A DNA stretch of 62,984 nt, filler included, from Lenisia limosa (lineage: Eukaryota > Protista > Breviatea): NCBI GenBank assembly GCA_001655205.1. It is 11 parts of 11 records of this genome, joined end to end, with 100 filler letters (N's around TTAATTAATTAA, not from the genome) between each part and the next. Parts side by side here need not be neighbours in the genome. Positions count along the whole stretch, not along the records: positions 7,564 to 14,306 come from LPNZ01010608.1; positions 14,407 to 45,696 come from LPNZ01002256.1; 9 more parts are not named here. One strand, 5' to 3'. The translations under genes and the position numbers were made by a program. The notes under the pieces were generated by a model. That model ran no database searches. It was given only the letters and a program-made list of their open reading frames with translations, and was not told the DNA's origin. Below are positions 12,801 to 24,900 of the stretch, in pieces. Within the stretch, counting starts at the first letter, position 1, and every line of letters starts with the position of its first letter.

Positions 12801-14290
12801 CAGCTATTACCATTCAAAGACGCTGGCGAGGTGAGTGTGAACCCAGGTTTATAATCTTACACTACGGGGCATCGATCTAGGATTCTTATTATTAATAAGT
12901 TGAGATTGCCAATGTAATTAACTGTATGAGAATCTGAAGAACTGTTTGGGATTACCAAATACTGCATGGGAATTCCAAGTCGATGTGTAGCGGTCAGATA
13001 TGGGTAAATTAAGGCTTCACTCTGCTATGAATAAGATCGGTAATTTTTTTTTTGACAAGAGAAACACTATACATTAAAAATCTGGAGAAATAAATAAATA
13101 CATAGGGATACCATCAACAAATTGCCAAACCTCCGCGCCCGATCGGTAAACTACCGATAAATATTGATGATTTATTATAAATGATCTAATCAAACCTCAG
13201 GCTTCTACTATCATCTTCATCGAACAACTCCCGCTTGATTTCAGGCATTTTNNNNNNNNNNNNNNNNNNNNNNNNNNNNNNNNNNNNNNNNNNNNNNNNN
13301 NNNNNNNNNNNNNNNNNNNNNNNNNNNNNNNNNNNNNNNNNNNNNNNNNNNNNNNNNNNNNNNNNNNNNNNNNNNNNNNNNNNNNNNNNNNNNNNNNNNN
13401 NNNGACTGGACTGGGCTTTGTTTGTTTTGTTTTTATCAACCCTTGTTGGTCAGCCAACAGAGTTGATTTTGGATTTTTTTTGTTTGATAAATTTTACCGC
13501 CCCCCTCCCCCCAAGGAGTGTCACAACGAGCCAAATACCCCAAGGAAATTGCAGCCTACCGCGCGGCCAGGTCTATTCAGAGAATATGTAGAGGTTGGTG
13601 GTAGGGCTTCACTTCGGTAAAAAACAAGACTGAATATCTCGAAAAATCCTCGAAAACTATCAATATTTTCCCGGTTTCTTTGGAACCGAAGTGAAGCCCT
13701 AGCTGGGGGTGCGTCCCATTCAGTTCCTTCGGTTTTGTTTTATTTCATAACTTCTCTGATTTTCCCCAGAACACACACATAGTACATATTCTAATTTACC
13801 CCCCCCCCCCCCNNNNNNNNNNNNNNNNNNNNNNNNNNNNNNNNNNNNNNNNNNNNNNNNNNNNNNNNNNNNNNNNNNNNNNNNNNNNNNNNNNNNNNNN
13901 NNNNNNNNNNNNNNNNNNNNNNNNNNNNNNNNNNNNNNNNNNNNNNNNNNNNNNNNNNNNNNNNNNNNNCATAAATTTTCCTATTTTGCACCTGGTTTTG
14001 TCTAGTTTTAGCGGGTTATTCGTGTTTGTTATAGCTTGTGTTTTTGTTTGTTTGGAGTTTCAGATTATCCGGTTCGTGATTAGTACCTTTATGCCAATAT
14101 TCTTCATTGAAATTTTCTTCGTTTTACTCACCCCTCCAGGACTATTAGCCCGTGTCAACTTCAAAAAGTCCTTGCAATCCGTAGTGTACATCCAAAGCTC
14201 AGTGCGGCGATGGGTAGTACGGTCGCGGCTTGAGAGGGAGCAACAGGCCGCCACTAGGATCCAAAGCGTGTTTAGGATGCATCGTGATAG
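9864..14290 (+). CDS. PH-domain plus multiple IQ-motif protein (3'-truncated)
   Basis: PH-like exons: YIEGTILKLVS; VSTTRGVMSLASSEVKKITSKQHPYVLEITK; ESFAPIQFGFKDDAELNEFEVVLQTASTYEK. IQ motifs: AAITIQRRWRG; AARSIQRICRG; SVVYIQSSVRRW; AATRIQSVFRMHRDR. The start exon MLMDKQKESQ is tentative. Divergent from VPS53. Confidence 0.65.
11888..11970. repeat. 13-bp minisatellite
   Basis: (ttttgttaactca)-like units, about 6 copies, decaying toward the left. Confidence 0.75.
13604..13699. mobile_element. MITE family 1, subtype A (TIR GGGCTTCACTTCGGTTCGAAAAAAGAC, TA-flanked)
   Basis: TA-GGGCTTCACTTCGG...CCGAAGTGAAGCCC-TA, with internal core tgaatttctcgataaatcctcgaaaactatcgatattttaccg. Intronic, about 10 nt after a donor. 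Confidence 0.88.
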
Positions 14291-14406
14291 GTTGGGGAGA
14301 ATTCTTNNNNNNNNNNNNNNNNNNNNNNNNNNNNNNNNNNNNNNNNNNNNTTAATTAATTAANNNNNNNNNNNNNNNNNNNNNNNNNNNNNNNNNNNNNN
14401 NNNNNN

Positions 14407-17400
14407 TGTCGTCTGTTTCTGAAGGCGCCAAGATTGGTTCCGAAGCTGTCAAAGCCGACATCCTACAAGGTCAGTAGAGGCAAGGCTCAGAATCGTTATA
14501 GGAATGATGAAAACTAACCGTTTTGAAACACATATTACAAAATTGTCATTGAAGGTCAGGAGAAGGAAGGCTCAGAATCGTGATTGAAATGATGATAAAA
14601 GCCAATTGTGTTGTGTTAGATAAAATTATGATTGACATGTTGATAAGGCTTAATAGACAGGAAGATAAAATACCTAGAAATATCAAAAAAAAAAACCATG
14701 AAGCCAATGATAGAAATGACAACAAAATTCCCAAAATGATGATGGGTATTACAAAAAATACAACAGAATCGTGAAAGAAATGTAAATAAAAGTTTTATAA
14801 ATAAATGACGGAGGTTCTGAAAGGAAAAAGACGACAAAGCATTTGCAGAAAGAATATAAATGACACCGCACAACTATGGTAGGAACAAGGAAAACAATGA
14901 CAAAAATAACAGAACAAACTCTAATCTCAAAAATACAATAAAAAGAATTCAGAGGTTGAGAATCGAGCAAAATATTGATATTTATCGGGGATTTATCGAG
15001 AATAAAATGCAGTATCTTGCCCAAAAAAGGGACATAATTAGGACCTCGTGCAATAAATTGAAAATTACTGGTAAAATTTGAACATATTGTAACGAGAACT
15101 CAATTTCAGCCAATTTAATTTCAAATTTTGTCAAATATTTCTTTAAATATTTAATTGCACTGAGTCCTATGTGTTGTAACGAATATAACATGAGGCATGG
15201 AGGTTCAACCAGTATCAGAGTACCATGAAGACTCCTTAGTCAACTATATCAGGAGGATATGGGGTTCACTGTACGAAAAAAAAAAAACAGTTCATATGAT
15301 TACTTTGTTATATTGACATGGAAAAGATATGCTTTTTTCACAAATTTGCCCAAGTTATATTATAATTCAATATCTCGTATAAATGTGTTAGTGTGGACGG
15401 TTTTGGACTATTATATTTCTCATCTCTACGAAACTAATATTATGATTTCGGGGAAACAGAAGAAGAGGAAAAGGCGTTTAGTTAAAAGACATAAGCTTTC
15501 AATATTCTCAAAAAGGGAATCTTTAATAGAGTAGAACAGCTTAAAAGGGTTAAAAGAGCAGGAGAATCTCACACAGGAAGATGATTGGCAATAAAACAAA
15601 CAATCTGGGAAATCGAAAAGGGGGGAAGAGCCAATCACTCCGCGGTCCTACCTGAACATTCTTCAATTCACTGCTTGGCACAGTTTTGGCCGACGCAAGG
15701 GCGATAAACTCTTCCATTTCGGAAGCGAACGGAGATCAACGACACCACAGCCTTCCTTTGTTGGCTCGTTCTTTTGTTTTGTGTTTTTTTTGTTTATGGC
15801 TGTTTTATGGTATGTGTTGTATAGTTGTTCAGTCCTCAAATAGATATTACTCAATACAATACCCCATGTGGGGATATTCTCAAGTCCTCCTCCTTGTTCC
15901 TCTCTCTTTCCCATTCTTATCCCCTACTACGACCCTACTGCTATACTATATCTAGTTTTCGCTAGTTAGCTGGCGAAAAAGTCTATTTTTGTTGATACCC
16001 CCCTCCCCCTATACTCTTCTATTGGAAGTATTTTCCTTCATGCTGTCTTTCCAAACTGAAACCCAACAGAGCAGTATGTGTGGAAAGGAGAGCGGCAATT
16101 ATGTTAGTTTGAAGAAGCATTTTTTGAGGTGGTCAGCCATATTTACCACACAAATTGAAGAAAGTGCTTAAACAATTTTTGAATGTGAATTGTGCAGTCC
16201 TCAACTTTTCATTTCCCCCTCTCCCCGATATTGAAAAGACTTTGACACCCTAGTTTTACCCTGAGACCAACATATTTTCACATATTCCACAACTACACCC
16301 ATGTTATTACTAAGGCTTCTCAACGATCCCAACAAAGACTGATATTCCCGATAAATACTCAATATATTCTCGATAAATACTCGATAAATTGGCGATAAAT
16401 ACTCGATAAATTCTCGATAAGTTCTCGATAAATACTCGATAAATCCTCGATAAATGTCGACATGTACCAGTCTTTGAACGTAGGGAAGCCCCTGTTAATT
16501 TTTTTCATTCACAACCCAGATTGGCAATTCACCACTCCATTGTGCTACTCAGAGTGGATACCTTTGAAAGTGGCGCGTGGTTAGACGCTAAAAATCGACG
16601 TGTGGGTTATTAGCTGATTACTTGCTTCAGCTGTCGAACTTACCGAGTGAACGGCCAATTTATCCTCTCAGTGGAACATGAGGCCCCTTCACTGGGCTGC
16701 CCAAAACGGACATACGGACTGTTTTCAGCTTTTGATTGAGGTTGGGGCTGACCGGAACAAGAAAGTTATGGTGATACTTTGGGATTATTACCTGGCTATA
16801 CTTCGTTCATTAAAATACGGCTTCTTGAGCCCCTGAGGAGAAATAAACAGTCGCCTATTCACACCAGATAGAGTGGAGGGACACCTCTTCAAAGGGCCAA
16901 AAACCAAGGAAAGTCAGAAATATTGTCGAGTATCAGTCTGGGTTTGAATAATGTAATTTGCAAATCCAAGTTACAGTTGGACAAGTGATTTAAACAACGA
17001 CATGCACCACTACGGCTCGTCGACTTGGAATTCTTGTGAAAATCCTGGGAATTCCCCTCCTTGTCAAAGCGGGGTAACATTGTGGAGCCTCCGAGCTGGC
17101 AATTCTCATATCCAAATCCATGGCCACCTGGGACCTGGATGCTGTTATCGGTATGGGGGGAGGATTGAGGTATATTCATGGAAATTTGAAGAAAGTTATG
17201 GAATTCACTACAAGGCAATCGCAAGTCGATGCGCCGTAGTGAAATATATCCAGTTGAACAAAATTCATCCTCTCCAATAGTGACAGTATGGCTGGGGTAG
17301 CTATTCCCTATATATCCGAAATCACGACGGCGGTTGGTTTTGATGTATTTGTATCGAAGATGTACCGGTATATCTAGGATGAGAGGCGAGGGGGTCCAGC

Positions 17401-17630
17401 ATTTCCTTGATTGCTTTGAGGTATTTGTTTAAGTTGACGAGAATGAATAACGTGTGGGTTGGTAGGAGAGGTACACTGCGGCGCATTGACTTGGGCTTTT
17501 AATTAACTAGTTGGGAATTCCCATATTTCATATGCCCATGATTTTATGGGAATCGGAAGATTTAGGGAATTGCCAAACACTACATGGGAATCCCAAGCCG
17601 AAGCGACGTTGAGTAAGGCAGAGGCGTACT
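14407..17630 (+). pseudogene. Ankyrin-repeat-containing gene with one frameshifted repeat exon (pseudogene or assembly error); boundaries uncertain
   Basis: The exon starting at 16520 reads IGNSPLHCATQSGYL, then TGA at 16565, while FESGAWLDAKNR continues in another frame (about 17-19 nt missing versus a 99-nt ANK exon). Intact ANK exons WNMRPLHWAAQNGHTDCFQLLIEVGADRNK and GGTPLQRAKNQGKSEIL follow. Flanking exons are unassigned. Confidence 0.45.
16314..16492. mobile_element. MITE family 1 copy with its internal 11-bp unit expanded about ten times
   Basis: Family TIRs enclose a (CTCGATAAATN)n array at ~16340-16460. Confidence 0.85.
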
Positions 17631-17983
17631 CTAAGACAGTGTTACATACAAAAAACAACACTACGCCGCATCGAAGGGTCTCATGTAGTGTTTGGAAATT
17701 CCATAAATTTCTCATCTATTCTCATTGTCTGTGCCTAGTACATATAGAGACTAGATATTTTTGTTTCAGATATTCAGCCAGTGTTAATTAATCGGTTACT
17801 TTTCCTGCTGGATCTTGGTTTAACACAATACATAATGTAGCTGAGGAACCAAGCCTTCAAGGGTCCTATAGTTTTGAAAATTGGCAATTTGGACAATTGT
17901 TTTGGAAATATGCTGTTTCAGTCGTTGCTTGGAATTATTTGAAAATATCATATATTATCTATACATCGCACAAAACAACACAA

Positions 17984-18920
17984 TTAAAACTTGATTAAAT
18001 ACTTCGGCAAAATCTAAAAACAGTCATCTCAATTGAAGTGACAGGTCTGGTTATAGAAACATTTCTTTATGTGAAAAGGGCTCAAGTTTACCTGCTTCTT
18101 TGACCGAATGACGATGTTCTGTGAGGCGGAATAATCGTGGTGATTACTGTCGTAGCCACTAGGCATTCCTGAACCATTGTAGATCTAAACAATCAGTGGT
18201 GATTTGAGGCTTCATAACGTCTGAAAATGAAGAACAATTTTTCGATAAACAACCGTATTAGTTTTGTCATCTTTGTAAACCAGCACAGTCGGTATTAATC
18301 TCTTCCATATTGTCACTCAAAATATCACTCAAATATATCCAACAAAAGAATCATGCGTTGCCATGTCTCACCTGCCCTTGAAGAACCTCGCAAATGAACA
18401 TTTTTCTTGGGCTTTCATTTTTGCAGTAGCTGACGGACGTCTTAGGAACTGTAGCAAAGTATGTTCCCGGTCCGTATGCATTGGTAACTTTTTTGCCTTT
18501 CTAAATATGTATTAAGCTGTTTAAATCATGTTTTATTATCCAAAACAGATCAATATTGAAAGCGTTGGGTTACCAAACTCTCCAAACAAAAATATAAATC
18601 ATCAATTAGACAAAATCCTTGAGAGTAGTTCTAAAAAAACTATTATATGATATGAACTTTTATGATGATTAAAATCAAAATATAATGGTATTGATCGATA
18701 TATTGCAAATTTACCAACGTACAGCTCGTAATTCGTCAGGGTCCAAGAAGCCATTCTTCATAATCTCTCCAACAGAATCTCCGGTGGTTCCATGAAAAAA
18801 CATTCTAAGTTGTCCATCAAACAAGGAGTGCATACCTTGCTTCTCCGACATTTCTTTTCTCAAACTCCTTCTTGGTTTGATTAAAGCGGTCAAGAACGAA
18901 TTTGCTTTCAAAGATGGTCA
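17984..18920 (-). CDS. PARP catalytic domain 2 (mono-ART-like; catalytic Glu position appears to be Asn), within the ZNFX1-like gene
   Basis: VTIFESKFVLDRFNQTKKEFEKRNVGEAR|MFFHGTTGDSVGEIMKNGF...NAYGPGTYFATVPKTSVSYC...KMFICEVLQGQ|IYNGSGMPSGYDSNHHDYSASQNIVIRSKKQ|ILPKYLIKF*. Confidence 0.85.
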
Positions 18921-21900
18921 CCTGTGTTAATATTATGATTGCCACTTGATCATACATGTACATGCAGTAGTTTAAGAGTGATCCTGAAAATAATATATCT
19001 GTATTTTGGCTCAGAAGTAGTTAAATCTAAACTCCAAACACGAAGTTTGGGCAATGGCTTGTCAAATTTTGAAACCGACGGCCATATTTATCAAAACTTG
19101 TCCCATGCTGCCATACTTAGAGCTATATTCCTCGGTCCGAAAAAAAGACCAGTAAAATTATCGAAGGATTGTATGGTATTCAGTCTTTTTTCGAACCAAC
19201 GTCAAGTCCTAGCTTTACTAAACCAACGTTGAAGAAAGTATCTTCTTGTCTAGTTTAGAGCTCCAACTACCGCCTACAGAAATCGGATTGTAACTTTGAT
19301 TTGATCCCAAGAGGAATTTAAAGACTCCAACTGCTCGTTGGAATTCCTCTGCTTTCCATCCTAGAAGGTGAAACTGATTTCAAGAGAAAATGGTTTAAAA
19401 GATTTTAGGACTAATGTGAATTTAGCTCGTATGGTAGAAATGAAATGAAAAAAATTCTAATTGACAATTGAAATAATTTGTTTATGGTATCCCAGTGTAT
19501 TTATTTGTTTTCCTAAATTTATGATAGATTATTTCTCTTGTTCAAAAAAATATAAAAAAATATGACAAATCCTTTATGTTATCACATGCAACTATATTAT
19601 GGTAAATGCCAGGAAAATAGTAAATTGATGCTTAATAAAATTCCATTCCAATAAACCTGTGGCGTTTTTGAATTTGTCTGCCAAAAGTTCTTCTTCAAAG
19701 TAACTGCTGCGAGAAATCTGAAAAGTGTAAGTGGAATTAAAGCAAGTTATAATTCAAGAAACTTGTCACGGATATCCTAACATAAACTATGATGACGTCA
19801 GCTATATACTACTTTTTACTTGAATTGAATTCAGGTTTGTCATTATGAAAATCATAATTTTTGTTCTCTTAAGTCAATAATAATTATTTATATTAGATTA
19901 AATCCAAATCACGCAGTTTATGCTCGTTTACGGTTCTCTTTGTTCTTCGACCGAGCCAGTTTTTGGAACTTTAAAGCAAATACATATACTACCTGTATTT
20001 AGTACTATTATACGGATCCTAATAAGTTTGTATGATATAGAGTATTGTGTTCGGTTATATCAAATTCAAAGAACTTACTGGTCTATTTTTGGATTTCCAA
20101 GATGGCGCATTGACCACCACAAATTTGACGAGGTACTTAGGGCGGACTAAGCGAGCATCATAACAAACGTATTCAGAGTTTTGGAGCTAAAATGTAAGAG
20201 ACTTTCCCTCTGAAGCTTCAGAATCACAAAAATATTCCATTTTCTATCTTTCGATGATTGGGTTAAAGCCTTCAATAAAGAAATAATTAAGAAATAATAA
20301 AGAAATAATATTGAAATATAATAAAGAAACGATAAAGAAATAATAAAGAAATAGCCGAGGTTACTTATCATTTGTTTCTAAAAACCGCCAACATTTGCAA
20401 CACCTTTGTTTGCAAGTAAGGAATGGCGCTTCATTTTAGTGAGGACGTCTTGAGCTGAGTAACCATTTAGGGCTTCCGTGGCAATATGGGTGCGGCCTGG
20501 GTTCAACTGGTGTGCGTGTGTTAAGAATTGTTCACATTTATCAACTGGCACATTGTAATTATTTTAAGGAAATTAATTGACAATTAAAGGGTCTGAAGGA
20601 AGGGGAGTTCTCGTTACAAATACTCCACTTCAAATTTTTGAATTTCTTATTTATTCGCAATACCACTTCAACAATCGACTTAATTATTATGTCTCCCAAC
20701 TAACGTCACAGACAAGAATGTGACCAGAGTTTCCTTGGGCAACGCTGTTGGTGTACATGTCCTGGGCGCTTTTCGAAGGGTCAGTAGCTAGGTACACTCC
20801 TTGACCAAACATGTTGCTAAACTGTTACAAATCTCCTTGGTTATACTTCTCAATACAAAATAACCTGGAATTATACGAAAATATAGTCAACTGCACCTTG
20901 GATATAATTTTAATTTGATGTCTAAAGAATATCTTTCCACTATGTATTGCTGACAATCATCATTTACGATTTTTCTGATCATAAACAGCCCTTCACACAC
21001 CCTTTCCCTTTGGTTTTGACCTTGTCTTTAGGGTCCACATCGAAGATCTTGAAGCCTTCTTGCGTAATCTTATTGACAACTGAAATGGTTTAAAATCATA
21101 TGTAGTCTATGTATAATTCACTGTATATACGTATAAATATCATATGTATGTATATCTGTATATCTTGGATAGTCACCCTTACCTTACAGTCCACAAGAAG
21201 AGTTGGCCGCGCCATGTACATTAATTACTTTTTTTATATCCCATATTATTACAGCAACTTTGCTAAAAAAAATGTCATTACGACGATATTAAACCAGTTA
21301 GTTGCGAATTGTTAATGGAAGATTAGAAGCGTTCCTTGGACTTCAACAAAAGACTGAACTTTATGACAAATCCTCTCATTATTTGAACCAACCTTCGTTT
21401 TTGGTTCCATGGTATACTTCGACAGAGGAACTGCTATTGCTGTTCAGACCTAAGGTATAAAGAAAGGCATGAGTTTTATTCAAAAACAAACAGAAACGGA
21501 TATTTTATTAACGTTGAAGATCACTGTACAGCTATTGTTGGCTTATTTTTCCACACACACGATAATTTTTTGCAATGATATAGTCACGACCGCTCAAAAG
21601 TAACAACCAGCGAAAGATAATAAAAAAGACATCTCAATTCTCAAACCGTACTCCCTGCAAGCTTGGAGGTACTTCTTCTGAATGTTCGAGTTCTCCAACT
21701 TGTAAACAGCTTTAACCCTATTATGTTAAATAAAAAGACTGTAATATATTGCATGGTAACACAAAAACACAAATAATATAGAATCGTCAAAATAATATTA
21801 TGTTGAGTCCTCTTGAAATACAAAGTGTAATAAATAGACATGAAGAATGTGTGCAATTCTATCCTGCCTACTCGATTTGCTGCGGGTTAGATTGGTATGT

Positions 21901-24900
21901 GTTGTTGATGTTCTCTTGGATGGTATGGAACACCAGTGGGTCGGCTTTCTAATGATGTCACTTTTTGACCTCACTTCAGTGCGAAGAAAGACTATTTTTC
22001 TTGATAATCCTTAGGATAAATATCGGTATTTCATATTTCACTTGTCTTTTCTAGAATAGAGGGCGGACCTAGGTGCCACTGGTCAAGACGTTTGTCATTG
22101 GACACATTTTTTTCAAATGAAAGAAAGAAATTAGATACGGACTTGGGCTTCACTAGGTAAGGAAAATAGTGGTAAAACATCTATATTTATCTACGATTGA
22201 TTGTTAAATAAATTCACTCTTATTTTGAACCCAAGTGAAGCCTTCGATCAGGTATACCACCAATTACAATGACACTGTTTTCATACGGATATTTATCTGA
22301 AATGAGTCAATTGAGAAATTATAGATACACACAATCCGTTACCAACCATGTATCTCAATACAACTAATCAACCTAATGAAAAGTCTGATTCAAAGAAGGC
22401 AAATGAACAACATCCATTCAACTGTATTTTAACCACCCAAACCGTTTTATTGAAGTAGTCAACTTTCTTCGACAGCTGATGAATTCTAAAAGTTTCAGAG
22501 ACATATGTATTTATGCAGCATGGTTCAGATTGACCACCTTTATGAGAAAATAATGTCAGAGGGACGGGATTAGAGTTTCACTTCCATTGCATAAATAGAG
22601 ACTCAAGTCTAGCAAAATGCTCATAATTGATATTAACCAGCTAATTATTATCCACATGCTGATATCAATGAGTCAGTTTGAAGGAAATCCGCCTGAAATT
22701 GAACGAGTCAAAAAATTACACTTAATAAAACTTTCTTATTGCTCCATATTATAATTAAAGCGTTTTGACAACTTACTGCTTGTCCAGTTCTTGTTTTCGA
22801 AGGCGGATTCTTTCAGCATTTTGACGGCAACAAACTAAAGGATTAACAAGTTTCGTTCAATATAATCAATCAAATGGTAAAATAAAGGCTTAGTTAGTAA
22901 AAGTCCTGGAAAATATTAGAGTTTTCGAGGATTGATAAAAAAATTCAGTCTTTTTTCGAACGGAAATGAAGTACAAGACCCTGATATTCACCTGTGCAAT
23001 CCTTAATAGTGCTACAGCTGTCTCCACATAGGTTGGTGCAAGGATGACCACAGTCCAGTTTGTTTTCACATGGATGGTCACAGAATCCAGTTCCAAGAGA
23101 GCAAATAGTGTATATCTGAGTATTATATGAGTTTGTAATGAAAAGGAGAGAAATAGTATTGAGCACATTTGAAATCATATAACTGCCACATTAATACTTA
23201 CCTTGTGTTTTCCATTTTTGCACATTGTTTGAGATTCAGCAGCGCATCTGTCAAATGTCATAGTCAAAACTATTGGATTTTAAAATGTAGATAATACTCA
23301 CGTTTTATGAAAAAAATGTGTAAAAACAGTGTTCTGTATCAGAGATAAAAAGAAATACGTTGAGAATTGCGGGCTATTCCAAGAATGTGATCATAGAGAG
23401 CTTACGGAGGACATATGCCACTGTGGCATTGCCAATCACATTTGTGGTCGCAATTTTGGTGGCGTCTTAAGAAGTCAACATATTAAACCGAATTGGAAGT
23501 AAACGACAAAATATCGATTGTTTTCAAGGATTTATCGAAGAATTCAGTCTCTTTTCAGACAAATGTAATGAAAAAAAATTCCTTTATCACAAACCCAGTT
23601 CCCACAGATTGCATTTTTCGAGGCAAAGTGGATCAGATTCGTGACACTTCGCTTGAATACGATGTGTTCTGTCCCGCTTGCACGTTTTAACAACAGTCAC
23701 CATACATCTTCTTTGGTGAAATATAATCTTTTGCATTTATCAAGATTCAACATTATTAATCTAATCACCAAATGTTCATTGATAACGAAGTCAAGTGTAA
23801 AAAACCTGCATATGAACTAGAGCTTTATGTTTGGTTCCAAAATACATTGTATATAATACATGTATGTATCGAGATATTATCAATAATTTATTATTTTTGT
23901 AACAGAAAGTGAAGCTCTAAGTTGAAAACTGTTTATTTTCATATTGTCCTACCTGACATCACAAGGTCCGCTGTGGCACTTTGATGGGCAGCTATGCCGA
24001 CATTTGAGTTGTCCATCGCATAATTGTGTACAAGTCACATTTAGAGGAAGGGAATTGGTTTTGCACACTGTGGTATGGTGAGTTTAAGCATACAGTTTCT
24101 ATATGAATACTTTGTTGATCTATAACACTTCAAATAACAATTGTGACTTGTGTAGGAGAGCAGGTGAAAAAAAAATCCGGTCACCTTAAGTCAAATTCTT
24201 CTCTAATTTAGGTATTATTTGTCCAACAAACATGAATCCGGATGCTTTGGACATCTAAGGACAAGGTACTTTTCTAGTGGTGACGGATCGTCTCTTGCCA
24301 GGGTTCTGAATACATGCTTCCAAGTTCTAAATTGATGAGGAAAGAATCTATGAAAGGGGTTTTCAGAATATTTAAAAATCCCTCAATAAGAGGCAGTTGA
24401 GATTTAGGTGAAACATGACATTACCATACTTTGAATTGCGGAGATGCTGAATATTGCCCATAATGATGAGTCCTCGACGAGCACGAGTGAGGGATACACA
24501 ACTACATGGTAATGGTGGGGTGTATTTTCGAATTAAATCTACACAAATTATTTAACATTATCGATGAATCCTATTTACTATCGATATTTAACTGCCCTTT
24601 TACAGCCCAAAGAGAATCCTTACTCAACTATATTACAAATAGTACTTCACTTCGGTTCGTGAAGAACATATAGAAAGTTTTCGAGAAATTCCAGTCTATT
24701 ATCGAACCGAAGTAAACACTAGTTATACAGCTTACTTGAGGCTGTCAGTAGCAACATGCCCTAGGCAGTTTTCATCGTTGTTTCGAACTGTACTCAGAAT
24801 TACAATCTAAAAGCAGGTAATTATTTTAAGGTGTTCAAAGAAATAATGATCAAATGATCCAGATGTTACCTACGTATACATAAATGTACATAACAAACAC

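Noticed and set aside
14546-15081. Overlapping hydrophobic or Asn/Lys-rich ORFs as small membrane proteins
   Set aside because: This is low-complexity, A-rich intron-like sequence with short internal repeats and no motif support.
20161-20400. TAG read-through or an alternative genetic code in the PARP1 region
   Set aside because: The in-frame TAGs fall in an intron once the exon LQNSEYVCYD (starting at 20186) is used; other genes end normally at TAG or TAA.
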